64,000 bases of DNA from an uncultured Desulfobacter sp. (GCA_963665095.1 OY762069.1:2240001-2304000); one strand, 5' to 3'; positions 11,010 to 23,100 are shown, numbered from the stretch's first letter. The notes: generated by a model from the sequence alone, not told the origin. Made by a program: numbers and translations.

Positions 11010-11630
11010 ATGTCAGAAAAGCAGATTGATAAAGAAGCGTTGTTTCAGAAATGTCTTGATTTTCACGGTCATCTCTGCCCCGGACTTACCATGGGCTTTC
11101 AGGCTGCCATGGCCGGTATGGAGTTCTTATCCGAAGCAAGGTCCCAGGATGAAGAAATTGTGGCCATTGTTGAAACAGATGCCTGCGGCACGGATGCCAT
11201 CCAGGTGGTGACCGGATGCACCTTTGGAAAAGGTAATTTTATTTACAAAGATTACGGCAAAACCGCATTCACCTTTTTCAGCCGAAACTCAGGCAATGGG
11301 GTTCGTATCGCCAAAAAGCATGACCCCAAACCACTTTTAAGCACCAGGCATCAGCAATTGATCGAAATGATCAGAAAAGGAGAGGCCGGCAAGGCCGAAC
11401 AGGATGAATTCTGGGAAATCCATAAGGCAAAAGCCATGGAGGTTCTGGATCAGGACCCGGAAAATTTGTTTACCATTACAAAGGTCACCATTCCCACGCC
11501 TGCCAAAGCAAAAATAGAGCCGTCGGTGCAGTGCGACAGGTGCAAGGAACCCACCATGGCCTCAAAGCTGACCCAGGTGGAGAACCAGTCTTTATGCCGG
11601 GGCTGCATGGAGGCTATCGAGATGGCCTGA
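11010..11630 (+). CDS. FmdE family protein (formylmethanofuran dehydrogenase subunit E-like) with C-terminal Zn finger
   Basis: FHGHLCPG, ETDACGTDAIQVVTGCTFGKGN, CDRCKE...CRGC; AAGGAG before ATG 11010. Confidence 0.9.
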   Translation: MSEKQIDKEALFQKCLDFHGHLCPGLTMGFQAAMAGMEFLSEARSQDEEIVAIVETDACGTDAIQVVTGCTFGKGNFIYKDYGKTAFTFFSRNSGNGVRIAKKHDPKPLLSTRHQQLIEMIRKGEAGKAEQDEFWEIHKAKAMEVLDQDPENLFTITKVTIPTPAKAKIEPSVQCDRCKEPTMASKLTQVENQSLCRGCMEAIEMA

Positions 11631-11635
11631 AATAA

Positions 11636-11678
11636 TAAATGGTATCAGGACAGACCCAACACCGCCTGATACCATTTA
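11636..11678. terminator. Inverted repeat between convergent genes (likely bidirectional terminator)
   Basis: TAAATGGTATCAGG ... CCTGATACCATTTA 14-bp inverted repeat. Confidence 0.65.
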
Positions 11679-11681
11679 AAT

Positions 11682-13775
11682 CTATTTTGCCAGACTGGGA
11701 AAAAGCTTCATATCTGTGTGGGGTAGAAACTGGGCCTGGACAAACTCGTCCATAAACCGGCTGGAACTTGAAAAGTCCACATAGGTCATGGCATTGGAAA
11801 TCTCAATCGCCTTTCTACGGAACATACCGGACATTAACGCCATATATGCCCCTGCAATGGAACTGTTTCCCATGTATCGGAATTTTGCCCGGTCAATATC
11901 GGGCAAAAGCCCGATGCGAACAGCCTTTTCAATATTTAGATACTGACCGAACCCGCCGGTGATAATGAATTGCTCCACCGCGGAAAAATCCATTCCGATC
12001 TGCTCAAGAAGTGAAATAAAACCGGCAAAAACAGCTGCTTTGCTTAGAACCAGGCTGCGGATATCTGACTCCGTGAAAATGATATCCTCGCTTGTTCCGG
12101 CTTTTTCACTGGATTCAATAATAAATGCCGGTTCCTCCTTAAACCATGTCATGCGGGGATGTTCGTCGTCCAGTTTGAATTTGCCGTCCTGGCCGATCAC
12201 GCCCTTGTCCAGCATCTCGGATAAAAGATCAATCATGCCTGAACCACATATACCCCGGGCAGGCCTGTCTTCCACGGTTGCATAGTCGGGGACAAATGTG
12301 GACGGATCCAGGGTAACTTTTTCAATGGCCCCGTCTTCGGCCCTCATGCCCCAGCGGATACCTCCGCCCTCAAAGGCAGGGCCTGCCGAACAGGCCGCAG
12401 TCATGAGAAATTCATTGGAGCCAAGCACAATCTCACCATTGGTTCCTATATCAATAAACATGGTCAGGGGCGTTTTGTCATAAAAGCCTGTATACAAAAC
12501 CCCTGAAACAATGTCTCCGCCCACATATCCGGCAGGCCCCGGCATAATAAATACGCCCGCATAGTAGGCAGCTTTCAGTCCAATTTCACCTGCTTTTAAA
12601 ATGGGGAATTCAGACACCGTGGGAATATAAGGCTCACGGCGTATGTAGGCGGCGTCTATGCCCAAAAGCAGATGAATCATGGTGGTATTACCTGAGATGA
12701 CCACATTTTCAATGTTGTTATGGGTCTCTTCAAGGGATGACAGGGCCCTGGCACTTAAGTTGTTGATGGTGGAAACCGCCATTTTTTTCAGCTTGCTCAC
12801 CCCGTCCCTTTCAGAACAGACAATCCGGTTAATGACGTCATCTCCACAGGCCGCCTGACTGTTATGCCCCGAGGCGCCTGCAATAATTTTTCCTGTGGCC
12901 ATCTCCACCACATAGACTACAATGGAGGTGGTCCCAAGGTCCACGGCAAGTCCCAGCGACCTTGACGCCAGGTGGACCGGCCGAACATCCACGATTTCGG
13001 AAGAACATTTTTTTTCAAGAATCGACGCCTGCACATGCCAGTTATCTTCCCGCACCGCCCGGGTCAGTTGCCGCATGACCCGGATGCCGGTACTCACTTT
13101 TTCAGTATTGATATCCTGCTGCCTTAAAGCGCGCTTCAGGCGCTCAAGGTCGCTCACAGTATCGTCCAGAGTGGGGGCTGACATCTCCAGGGTATATTTT
13201 TTCACCATGGGATCAGGGGTCATGACAAGACCCAGAAGTTTTTCCGTAGCCTGACTTCCCATGCCCACAGCCCTGAGCTTTTTTTCCAGGGTCTCTTCGG
13301 GTATGCGCACCACCACATCCCCGTCCACCCGTGCCTGACACCCAAGAACCATCCCCTGCTTGCGTTCACTGTCACTCAGCAGCGATGTGTGGGTTCCGTT
13401 AAGAACTGTGCCTGATTCCACAATCAGCCGGCATTTGCCGCAGGAGCCCTTTCCATTGCACGAGGCGTTCACGTACACATCCGCATCCAAAGCCGCTTCA
13501 AGCAGTGTGGTTCCCTTTGGTACTGTAACGGTAATATCTTCAGGCTTAAAATGGATTGAACATGTAAGGGCGGCTTTTTCCGGCAAACCTGCTTCATCTG
13601 CCTGGTCTGCATCTTTAAACCCTTTTTTGGATATAAAATGAATGGGGCAGGAAGATCTGAACTTACAGTAGATATCAGGATCCCGACACGCCAGACACTC
13701 CTCACACAGGTAGATCTGATGCTTCATACAAAGGTAACTGGTTTCACGATCCGGATGATTGATGCAATAGCCCAT
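11682..13775 (-). CDS. ASKHA-type reductive activator of corrinoid proteins (RACE/AcsV/RamA-like) with 2Fe-2S domain and extra N-terminal Cys/His-rich module
   Basis: CNGKGSCGKC; DLGTTS; DIGTNGEIV; SAGPAFEG; GICGSG; start ATG 13773-13775 after AAGGAGG. Confidence 0.88.
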   Translation of the reverse strand: MGYCINHPDRETSYLCMKHQIYLCEECLACRDPDIYCKFRSSCPIHFISKKGFKDADQADEAGLPEKAALTCSIHFKPEDITVTVPKGTTLLEAALDADVYVNASCNGKGSCGKCRLIVESGTVLNGTHTSLLSDSERKQGMVLGCQARVDGDVVVRIPEETLEKKLRAVGMGSQATEKLLGLVMTPDPMVKKYTLEMSAPTLDDTVSDLERLKRALRQQDINTEKVSTGIRVMRQLTRAVREDNWHVQASILEKKCSSEIVDVRPVHLASRSLGLAVDLGTTSIVVYVVEMATGKIIAGASGHNSQAACGDDVINRIVCSERDGVSKLKKMAVSTINNLSARALSSLEETHNNIENVVISGNTTMIHLLLGIDAAYIRREPYIPTVSEFPILKAGEIGLKAAYYAGVFIMPGPAGYVGGDIVSGVLYTGFYDKTPLTMFIDIGTNGEIVLGSNEFLMTAACSAGPAFEGGGIRWGMRAEDGAIEKVTLDPSTFVPDYATVEDRPARGICGSGMIDLLSEMLDKGVIGQDGKFKLDDEHPRMTWFKEEPAFIIESSEKAGTSEDIIFTESDIRSLVLSKAAVFAGFISLLEQIGMDFSAVEQFIITGGFGQYLNIEKAVRIGLLPDIDRAKFRYMGNSSIAGAYMALMSGMFRRKAIEISNAMTYVDFSSSSRFMDEFVQAQFLPHTDMKLFPSLAK

Positions 13776-13941
13776 TGGTGCCTCCTTGTGGAAGATATCC
13801 GTTTCAATTTGTCCGGTCCCCCTGGGCACCGTCATGGGCACAACAGTGTTTTTCAGGGGGACCGCACATAAGAAATATTAGAAATTCAAATAGTTATCAA
13901 TTAGTTCATAGTCGTTTTTCATCAATTCATCAATACAATTT

Positions 13942-15969
13942 TTACTCTTTTTTGCCATACCCCATGGGCAGCTGCTTAAACCGGCCGCCGTGAATAATGG
14001 GATCGCCTTTATACCCTAACGCTTTGAAGTTAATATAATCGGTTTTATTGATCAGATGCTCAACATCCCTTCCCTTGGATTTCATATAAGAGAAGTCCGT
14101 TCCCTTATGGGCGATCTTTTTAAAATCCACGTTCCGGTTATCCTGGTGACACCGGTTGCAGGTCTGTTCTCCGGTCAGGCTTTCATGGCACTGAACACAG
14201 GAAAGGGCCATATCCGCCGGCATGACTTCGTGTTCCAGGCGCCAGTACATCCAGGTTTCCTTCCATTTATACGACCCAGAATAAGGCAGATTCACAGCAC
14301 TCATACCGTCGACAAAAGCCTTGTCCCAGTCCAGATTTTTCCAGTATGCGGTTTTATCCTCCTTGTTTCTTGGGAAAAGATGGGGCACCAGGATCAACTC
14401 ATGGTCCGCATCCACCGCCTGAATTCCTTTCATGATTTTAAACGGCGTAATTTTGGAAGTCGGATCTTTTATAGACCCCACAGGGGTAGTCAGGTTAATT
14501 ACATCTGCGTTGAGATCCACCTTGTCCCCCATCAGCACCCGGTCCATGTATCCTGAAAACCATTGATAATCAGGTACGGCTGATTCCTCCCATTTAAACT
14601 CGCCCTTTTTCCAGTTATAGTCCGGCTTGCCGTATTTATCCATTTCAGGCTTGCGTTTCTTGTCCCCTGCTTTTGACCAGTCCCAGAACGTCTTGGTGGG
14701 CTTGCATTTGGCAAACACCGGAGAGTGGCAAACGTTGCAGTCCAGAGTTTTGCAGTGGTTGTTCAGGTGGTGATCTAAAAGCTCGCCACTGTAATGGGGC
14801 GCCTTGCCGTGGCAATCTTCGCATGACACAGCACCCTCAGCCGCCGGTACCGAGGTGCTGCGGCCGGCAATCTTGTGATTCCGGGTCTTATGGCACTGGG
14901 TACAGGTAAAGTCATATCCGCCCATGTGAATGTCACAGCTTCTTTCCGGCGTGAGTAACTGCCGGGACATATCTGCGTGCTTAATGGCATCCCCTCCCCC
15001 GCCGTTAAAGTGGCAGGAGCCGCAGGTTGCCCTGCTGGAATGCCCCACATGCTGGGCAACTTTTTTTAAATCAACATCTTTTTCCGGCATACCGGCTGCC
15101 GGTGGTGCTTTTTTATAAGTACCGGTGGTGTCATGACACACCAGACAGTCCATTTTTGTTTTATCTGTAAAATCAAAATTTTCGTCTTTCCAACCATATC
15201 CTGCATGACAGCTTGTGCAACGAGCCTCGTTGCTGATAGGGCTGATTCAGTAGTTGTTCAGGGCTGTGGTGCCCTTGCCGTGAAGAATATCCTTTCGATG
15301 ACCTGTGGTGTACGGAGACGGTCCACGCCACAGCCAGTGGGCCGTGGTCAGCATATCTTCCCCCTGGGTCTCGTGGCAACGGAGACACTCCGCTGTCACC
15401 TGAAATACATCCGCATTGTCAGGCAGGTTGACAAGTTCCTTGTGGTCAGGCACATTCTTCAAATGACACCCCTTGCAGTCTGTGGGGCCTTTGGCTTCAG
15501 CCTGATGGCACTCCATGCACTGCTGGTGGTAGGCGGCTTTGAGTCCGATCCGTTCAGGATGTTCCGGATTAAAGGCGTCCTGATGGCAGGCCGAACACCT
15601 TGTCGTCTCAAGGGCCGCTTCATTCAGGGGCCGGTAATGATGACATTTGGTGCAGTCCTGGATAAGTGCTGCATGCCGTTTGTGAGCAAACCGCACCGGC
15701 TCGTAATGATCTTCCCGTTTTTTGATAATCGGGCTGTCCAGAAGAAAATATACATCCGTGATATCCGACAGGGAGAGCCCTTCTTTTAAGAGCCGCATTT
15801 TTCGTTCAATCTGGTGCTCGTCTTTATATGCTTTAACAAAGGGCACCGCCTCTTTTGCCCTATCCCTGGCCTGCTCCTGGTCCGGGGCTGTCCACGCTTT
15901 GGCGGCAAGGCAGGGAGCCGGTAAAACCAGACCCATACCTGCCAGAATGATCAAGAACTTTTTAATCAT
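13942..15969 (-). CDS. 13-heme cytochrome c: cytochrome c3-like tetraheme domain fused to an octaheme tetrathionate reductase (Otr)-family domain; probable selenoprotein
   Basis: Signal peptide; 13 CxxCH motifs; in-frame TGA at 15247-15249 in ALNNY-U-ISPISNEARCTSCHAGYGW joins track ORFs 15247..15969 and 13942..15153 (675 aa). Confidence 0.85.
15217..15233 (-). promoter_or_regulatory. Candidate SECIS hairpin of the multiheme cytochrome
   Basis: GCAACG-AGGCT-CGTTGC hairpin 13 nt downstream of the TGA on the minus strand. Confidence 0.7.
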
Positions 15970-15980
15970 GGTACCCTCCT

Positions 15981-17165
15981 TTAAGATTTCTGAAGAACCG
16001 GTAAATACGTCACGGCGATCCTGTAAATGAACATCAGTGTTGCGATAAGGCCAAACGTCACCATCATCTCACCGATGGAGGGGAAATATCCCGGATCACT
16101 CAACGGTGGCTTGAATCCCACAATAAAAACATTGATTCTGTTTAACACCACCCCGCCCACAATCAGCGTTGCCGCCGTAAAAAGGCCCTTTCTTGAGGTC
16201 CTCACCTGTCTGAATAACAGCATGAACCAGGGCAGGATAACGCCGAATACCATTTCAGCAATGAAGGAGTTTGTCTGGGCAGTCCCGTCAAAAAGGTAGA
16301 CCCAGGTTCCCCGGACTGCCATGTCTCCGACCTTAAGGGCCATATAGATGCCTAAAAGAAAAATGGTGATCCGGGTCAGAGGTGAAAGGATCTGCATTTC
16401 AGTATCAAGTTTAAATGAGGATGTGGCAATGGTGGTTTCAAATACCACCATGGGATAGCCCACCGCAAAAGCAGATGTTAAAAACAGCAGCGGCAAAATG
16501 GGCGTGTACCACAAAGGATGCAGCTTGGTGGGGGCAACAAGCATTAAAGACCCCAGGCTTGACTGGTGCATGCAGGAGAGAACCACCCCCAGGATAATCA
16601 ATACCCACATGATTTTTCCCACAATGGCATCACCAATTGACAACACCAACTCTACCAAACTGTTCAAGGAAGCAAGGGCCCCCGGCAGGTTCACCCGCCC
16701 TTTGAATTGCTCGGCCACAATGGGAAAAAATTCAAGGTAAAGCACATTGAGGTAGCACATTACGCACATGGCCACTTCAAAAAGCACGGAATTCGGATTC
16801 CAGTTAAACATGGGCTTCCAGATGGCCCAGGACCGGCCGATGTCCACAATCAGCCCCAGAACCACAAAGGTATAGCCAAGTACGGCAGTCAGAAGGGCCG
16901 GGCGGGTGACCGGTTCATAATAGTGCCGGCCGAATATATGGGCCAGGGCTGCTGTGGTAAAACCGCCGGCAGCCAGAGCCACCCCGGTGGCCACATCCAC
17001 CCCCACCCAAAGGCCCCAGGGCCGGGCAGTACTTAAGTTGGCCACATATCCGATGCCGCCTGTAAACCGTGCAATGATCGCAAACGCACCTGCGATCATA
17101 AAAACCAGCATGACCAGAACGCCAGGAGTCCAGAAAGGCGTTTTTAACGCTGCAGGTTTATGCAT
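15981..17165 (-). CDS. NrfD/PsrC (HybB/HmcC-like) membrane subunit
   Basis: [21 protein letters not shown] and [10 protein letters not shown] motifs; true start ATG 17163-17165 overlaps the upstream gene. Confidence 0.9.
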   Translation of the reverse strand: MHKPAALKTPFWTPGVLVMLVFMIAGAFAIIARFTGGIGYVANLSTARPWGLWVGVDVATGVALAAGGFTTAALAHIFGRHYYEPVTRPALLTAVLGYTFVVLGLIVDIGRSWAIWKPMFNWNPNSVLFEVAMCVMCYLNVLYLEFFPIVAEQFKGRVNLPGALASLNSLVELVLSIGDAIVGKIMWVLIILGVVLSCMHQSSLGSLMLVAPTKLHPLWYTPILPLLFLTSAFAVGYPMVVFETTIATSSFKLDTEMQILSPLTRITIFLLGIYMALKVGDMAVRGTWVYLFDGTAQTNSFIAEMVFGVILPWFMLLFRQVRTSRKGLFTAATLIVGGVVLNRINVFIVGFKPPLSDPGYFPSIGEMMVTFGLIATLMFIYRIAVTYLPVLQKS

Positions 17166-18087
17166 CTTTGCCTCCTTTCTCCAAGTCTTTCTCTTTTTCC
17201 GCGCCCGGCTTATTTGAAACGCGCATGAATAGACCCAGGATGCTGAAAAGGGCGATGGGCGACCACAGGTAGCTGAACAGGGAGTGCTGAATGGTTTCAG
17301 ACAGTTTGGGCATGGGTTTTTCCGGCAGCACCGGCAGATTGACCTTTTCAAAGGGCACAGCTGAAATATAGAGCCACGAGGTGCCGCCCACCTCCTTTTC
17401 CCCGTAAATATGATTGATATATTTCCCGGGATTTTCAGTGACTCTTTTTTTCGCCACCTTGAGCAGGGTCTGCCTTTTCCCGAAGGTCAGTGCTTCAGTG
17501 GGGCAGATGGTGGCACACCCGGGAAGTCCGCCTTCCTTTGAGATCCTGTCATAGCAGAATGTGCACTTCATCACCCGGGGGGTGACAGGGTCAAAGTACT
17601 CATAGGCCGGGATCTCAAACGGGCAGGCCACCATGCAGTACCGGCAGCCGATGCACTTGTCCTTATCGTACCGCACAGCACCGGTCTCATCTTTGGTCAA
17701 TGCCCCCACAATACAGGCGGAGACGCAGGCCGGATCCTGGCAGTGCATACACTGGACCTTGGCAAAGGTCGGCACCGGCTTTTGAAACGCATCCACGGTT
17801 CCTGTGAAGTACCGGTTAACCACCGTATAGGCTTTGTCATCAGGCCTTCGTTTGGTTTCAAAAATAGTACACTGGCAGTTGGGTCGTTCCGGAGCCGGTA
17901 AATGATTTACTTCCGCACATGCCTCCTCACATTTCCGACAACCCACACACCGTGTCAGATCCACCAGACATCCGAACGGGTCCGGAGGGGCTTTGGATTC
18001 CCAGGCACTGGCAGAAGAAGGTGCTGCCGCTACTGCAGCACCGGCAGCACCCATGACTTTAAAAAATCTGCGTCTGCTAAGTTGCAT
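17158..18087 (-). CDS. HybA/HmcB-like periplasmic 4Fe-4S subunit, Tat-exported
   Basis: SRRRFFK Tat motif; four Fe-S cysteine motifs; [13 protein letters not shown]. Confidence 0.9.
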   Translation of the reverse strand: MQLSRRRFFKVMGAAGAAVAAAPSSASAWESKAPPDPFGCLVDLTRCVGCRKCEEACAEVNHLPAPERPNCQCTIFETKRRPDDKAYTVVNRYFTGTVDAFQKPVPTFAKVQCMHCQDPACVSACIVGALTKDETGAVRYDKDKCIGCRYCMVACPFEIPAYEYFDPVTPRVMKCTFCYDRISKEGGLPGCATICPTEALTFGKRQTLLKVAKKRVTENPGKYINHIYGEKEVGGTSWLYISAVPFEKVNLPVLPEKPMPKLSETIQHSLFSYLWSPIALFSILGLFMRVSNKPGAEKEKDLEKGGKDA

Positions 18088-18148
18088 TGAACCTCCTTGA
18101 GAATATTAACCGTTATTTTTTAAGCCACTTATTACCTTCACTGTCTTC

Positions 18149-18388
18149 TTATCCGGACCCTTCTTTTTTAAGGATACCCAGACAGATATAATCCATATGC
18201 TTTTTGTGGTATAAAAGCGCATCATCCGATCGCTGGACGAGCAATTTTAAATTTCTTGCCACCTCTTCATCGTTTAAAATCACTTCGAGCCTCTCTCCTT
18301 TTTTCATGGCATTCAGGCAGTTTTTGAATTGGAGCAGATCCAGGGGAAAAATGATGCCCCGTATATCCAAAACCTTTTTTTCTGCCAT
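18149..18388 (-). CDS. TusA/SirA-like protein lacking the CPxP cysteine
   Basis: LDIRGIIFPLDLL...MKKGERLEVILND pattern; GGAGG RBS before ATG 18386-18388. Confidence 0.7.
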   Translation of the reverse strand: MAEKKVLDIRGIIFPLDLLQFKNCLNAMKKGERLEVILNDEEVARNLKLLVQRSDDALLYHKKHMDYICLGILKKEGSG

Positions 18389-18432
18389 ACCTCCTCCACG
18401 GATAAAGAAGAGTTGTAATTGAGGCATTGATG

Positions 18433-18448
18433 TGCAACAGGTGTGCCT
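18433..18448 (-). promoter_or_regulatory. Sigma54 (-24/-12) promoter of the tusA-hybA-nrfD-cytochrome operon
   Basis: AGGCAC-ACCTG-TTGCA on the minus strand (GG-N10-GC); a divergent sigma54 activator gene is adjacent. Confidence 0.75.
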
Positions 18449-18618
18449 TTGTTTCCGAGAATTGTAACCTGTTCATTTCATGAAATTTTTTTTTAAATTT
18501 ATTGCCCAATGTTAAAGCAAGTGTTAAATTAGTTTAAACAGGTGTTAAATTTTAGGAAGCACTTTAAACACATGTTTAAAATGGTCTCTTTTGCCCAACC
18601 TGACTGGAGACAGACCTG

Positions 18619-20016
18619 ATGCAAGAGCAGGAAATAAATGCGTTCTGGAAAAAAATTGTGAATACCATCAATGACGGACTGATGTTCATCGGGCCGGATG
18701 GGTCCATACTAATGGTGAACAAAGCGTTTGAAACCCTGACCGGCTATTCTTCAGAAGAGGCCATCGGTATCTCCTGCCGCACCCTGGAGTGCGATGCCTG
18801 CGAACAGACGTTGAACACGGGGATAAAATCGGCCTGGTGCCGTTTGTTTGAACCGGGTGAATCTGAGATGAAAAAATGCCGCTGCCTGATCCGCCGCAAA
18901 GACGGCAGCTTCCTGCCGGTGTTAAAAAACGCATCTGTTTTCAGAGATGAAAGCAGTAAAGTCCTGGGGGTGGTGGAAACCCTGACCGATATTTCAGAGA
19001 TTGAACGACTTGACGAACAGGTGCATATGCTGGCCAGGCAGTGCAGTCACGACAATGATTTTTTCGGCATGGTGGGGAAATCCAGACAGATGGAATCGGT
19101 GTTTGAGATGATCCGGAAAGCGTCTGAATCCAATGCACCGGTGATTATCTTAGGTGAAAGCGGATCCGGCAAGGAACTGGTGGCCGATGCGGTCCATATG
19201 CTCGGCACCCGGAAAAACGGGCCCTTTATCCGGCTTAACTGTGCGGCCCTGAACCCGTCTGTTCTTGAAAGTGAGATGTTCGGCCATGTGAAAGGCGCAT
19301 TTACAGGGGCGCATTCCAACAGGATCGGCCGGTTTGAGGCCGCACACAAGGGCAGCTTTTTCCTGGACGAAATAGGAGATATGCCCATGCCGCTGCAGAC
19401 AAAACTGCTGCGGGTGCTTGAGTCCGGACAGTTTGAACGGGTGGGGGACATTGCAAGTGTCCGGGTGGATGTCAGGATTATTACAGCCACCAATAAAAAT
19501 CTTCAGACATTAATAGCTAAAGACCAGTTTCGTCAGGATCTGTTTTTCCGGATCAATGTCATTCCCATTCATGTGCCGGCACTGCGTCAGCGCTTGGAAG
19601 ATATACCGCTGCTGATTACCGCGTTTATCCGTGACCTTAACCGGACATCAGGGAAACTGATTAAAGGCGTCAGCCGGGATGTCATGGACCGGTTCATGGC
19701 CTACCAATGGCCCGGCAATGTCCGTGAGCTTAAAAATGCCCTGGAATATGCCTTTGTTACGGCTGACGGCCCGGTTATCAGGCAGGGTCACCTGCCAAAA
19801 ACCATAATGTCAGATTTCGGCAGTGTAGAGAAATCTGTGGCAGAAACTAAAAAAAGCAGTGACACCGTTGATGAAAAACAGCAGTTGATTGATGCGCTTG
19901 TAAAAACCCGCGGCAATCAGACCATGGCTGCAAAACTATTGAACATCAACCGTGTTACTGTGTGGAACCGGATGAAAAAATATCATATCGACTTAAAAAA
20001 AACATTGGAATGCTAA
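18619..20016 (+). CDS. PAS-domain sigma54-dependent Fis-family activator
   Basis: PAS N-terminus; GESGSGKE, GAFTGA, FLDEIGD, WPGNVREL; C-terminal HTH. Confidence 0.93.
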   Translation: MQEQEINAFWKKIVNTINDGLMFIGPDGSILMVNKAFETLTGYSSEEAIGISCRTLECDACEQTLNTGIKSAWCRLFEPGESEMKKCRCLIRRKDGSFLPVLKNASVFRDESSKVLGVVETLTDISEIERLDEQVHMLARQCSHDNDFFGMVGKSRQMESVFEMIRKASESNAPVIILGESGSGKELVADAVHMLGTRKNGPFIRLNCAALNPSVLESEMFGHVKGAFTGAHSNRIGRFEAAHKGSFFLDEIGDMPMPLQTKLLRVLESGQFERVGDIASVRVDVRIITATNKNLQTLIAKDQFRQDLFFRINVIPIHVPALRQRLEDIPLLITAFIRDLNRTSGKLIKGVSRDVMDRFMAYQWPGNVRELKNALEYAFVTADGPVIRQGHLPKTIMSDFGSVEKSVAETKKSSDTVDEKQQLIDALVKTRGNQTMAAKLLNINRVTVWNRMKKYHIDLKKTLEC

Positions 20017-20107
20017 CCATAAACTGACATAAAAAAAGAAGGGCCGAACCTTATAAAAAGTGCTTTTCATGGCCCTTTTTCACATGATGGGGAGGAGTGA
20101 CTGTTTC

Positions 20108-23100
20108 ATGCGGCGGGCCATTAATTCCATATTTTTTGAAAAACGGGATTCAAAACTGATTGAAATCGTGAATTCCGTATATGATGAACCCAAGTCCCTC
20201 GGATATACCGGCAAACTGCTCTACCCGTTTTTCCATCCCTTAGGCATTAAGGAGCTTGCCGAAACCAGAGGGCTTCGCGCGGCTTTCTCCATCGTCAGTC
20301 TCATGAAATCCATTGAACACGGCAGTATCACCAGCCGCCTTCAGGCCCTTGCAGGGCTTAAGGATGATTTAGTGGACACCGTGGCCGGCCCCATGCCAAA
20401 AAACACAGCCAGGGTTCTTCTGCAGATCATGAAGGACCTTGTAAGGGCCCAGGGGGACCCGGACCGGCAAATCCGACTTGCCCACGATTTCAGGATTGCA
20501 GCCTTTGGCAAGCCCCGGATCATCCGCTATTTTCTCCAGCAGTACCACCTTCTTGAAATGCCTGAAGAGTGGAACCAGATCACCTTTGACGATCATGTCC
20601 ACGATGCCAATACTTCGGGCAGGAAAAGCCCGACCCATCTGATTATGGATGCCTGGATTAAAGGCATCCGCCGCCTGCGGGTGATTTATTACCACTATAT
20701 TGAACCCAGATGTGCCCTGGAACTTATTGAAGCGGCCAGGATCATGGAGATTGATTTACGGATCGGCATCGAGTTCTGGGCCCTCCACAGGGAAAAATAT
20801 GTCTCTTTTATCTGGGTGTCACGGGGCCTGCCAAACCTTGAGGCTTTTTTATCATTTCTTGCAGCCGGGCCTGTGGTGGACTTCATGGAAGAGGGCAAAG
20901 CGCTCTCAAGATATCAGGGCAGCTATCTTCACGGTCTTTTGGAAAAATTTAATCGAAACGACCGAAACGAATTATGTGAAAAGTTTGGCATATGCATGGA
21001 GCCCCTTAAGGCGGAAGAATTCTTAACCTTTATAACTCCGGGTCAGCCAAGCCTTGAGTACCTTGCAGAATTTATCCATACGAAAACCGTTCAGGCCATT
21101 CAATCCCGTCTTTCCCAGACAGAACAGTGCCAGGATCAAAGTCAGGCGGAAGCCGAAGAAGTTGTAAGACTGCATAAAACCCTGAAAAATTTAACGGTAA
21201 AAGAACTGCTCAGGGATTACCTTGATTCAGATAATTTTTTCAGTCGGTTCCGGGACTTTGTCAGACAGGAAGGGGGGCGTGCCCCTGACAGGCTGACTAT
21301 TGGTGTTGTACCTTTGCTTGAACAGATAGACAGGCTTCACCATGATTATCGCATCACCCTGAATCTTGACCGGTTAAGACCCGAAGATGTTCTCGAGCTT
21401 TTATATGAGAGCTGCGGCAGGATTAACCGAATTGAAATTATTAATCTGAAGAAATACAACCCGTTGGATACCCAAACCATTCTTTGCGTAAATGCCCTGC
21501 AGGAGGCTATAAACCAGGGCAGCATCCTTAAATTAAAACGAATTATTTCAAAAATCATCGCGGATGTTTCAAAACAGAAAGATAATGATAAAAACCACCA
21601 GCTTAAATCTCTTTCTTTGATTCTTAACGATATAGACGAACTCAAACACATGTTTGACATCCGTCCCATTGAGTTACGAATCGGATCGGATTCCTCAGGG
21701 AAACCCTATCAGAGCCATGGCATGGGCTTCGCCGTTATAGATACCCTGCCCTGGAAGGTCAGGCGCACCATTGAAAAGGGGAACAACGGACGCCTTATCC
21801 TCCCGGTCAATGCAAAAAGCCTTTTATGCACAACCACGGTTCTGAACCGGGAGCTGCCAGGGATTATTTCATGGATACCCGGCATCAGGACGCTGTTTGC
21901 AGATAAAAAACAGCAGTGGCTGCCAGGCCCATTCCACATGGATAGTGTCACAAAGGGGAATCTTCTGACCCTGGGCAAATCAACCGCATCAAAGAACGGT
22001 TTCACCTCCCATGCCCCGGCATCTGTCCATAAAACACCAGCTGTCTCCTTGAAATACCTGGATACCCGGATCAAAAATGCATGTAAAATTATCATTGGAT
22101 TTATTCCGGCCCAGCTCTGCTTCATGATGACCAAAGATTGGTGGCTGCTGGCCTATTTCGGAGCGCTTATCTGGTTTTCCATTACCGGCATTCGTAATGT
22201 CATCCAATCGGTTCTTGGTGGCGGAGGTATCAAAAGGGCCTCTCTTTTAAAATGGAACGACTATGTCAGCTGGGACCGCCTGGCAGATTCACTGTTCTAT
22301 ACCGGATTTTCGGTGCCGCTTCTCGACTATCTGGTCAAAATTCTCATTCTTGAAAAGTCTTTTGGAATTACCATGGCAAACGGCCCTGTTACCCTTTATG
22401 CTGTCATGGGTCTTGCCAACGGCATCTATCTTTCCAGTCACAATTTCTTTCGCGGACTTCCCAAGGGTGCTGTCACCGGCAATTTTTTCAGAAGCATTCT
22501 ATCCATACCGGTTGCCGTGGCGCTCAGTGCTGCCGCCGGCTCATTGTTAGGGGTTTTTAACCTGGTGGACATCAATGGCATTCTTCAGAAATGGGCCGCC
22601 ATTATTTCAAAAGGCGCATCCGATATTGTGGCGGCATTCATTGAAGGTACAGCGGACCGGACTTCTTATATACACATAAGAAAACACAATATCCGAAAAA
22701 AAATATCTGACTTGTTTGATATCTTTTCTAAACTTGTCATGCTCTTTCCGGAAACCAAAGAGCTTAAAATCCTGGAGGATTCCAGCATGCTTCTTGATAA
22801 CAAAAACTCAGAAGTGAGGGATCTGGCCACCCTGATTATAATAAACGCCCTGGATCTGTCCTATTTCTGGATGTACCTTCCCCGGGCCCAGTCCGCCCTG
22901 GTCCGGATGGTATCGGAACTGACACCGGAAGAAAGAGTGATTTTTTTTCAATCCCAGAACATGCTCGCCCATGAACACCATATCAGCAGACTGTTTGTAG
23001 ACGGAGTGCTTGGAAAAAATTTTTCCCGGCCCCTCTCTTTTTATCTGACCTCTTACAAAACCTACCTTCGCAGCCTTCAAAAGGCAACGGGAATGTCTTT

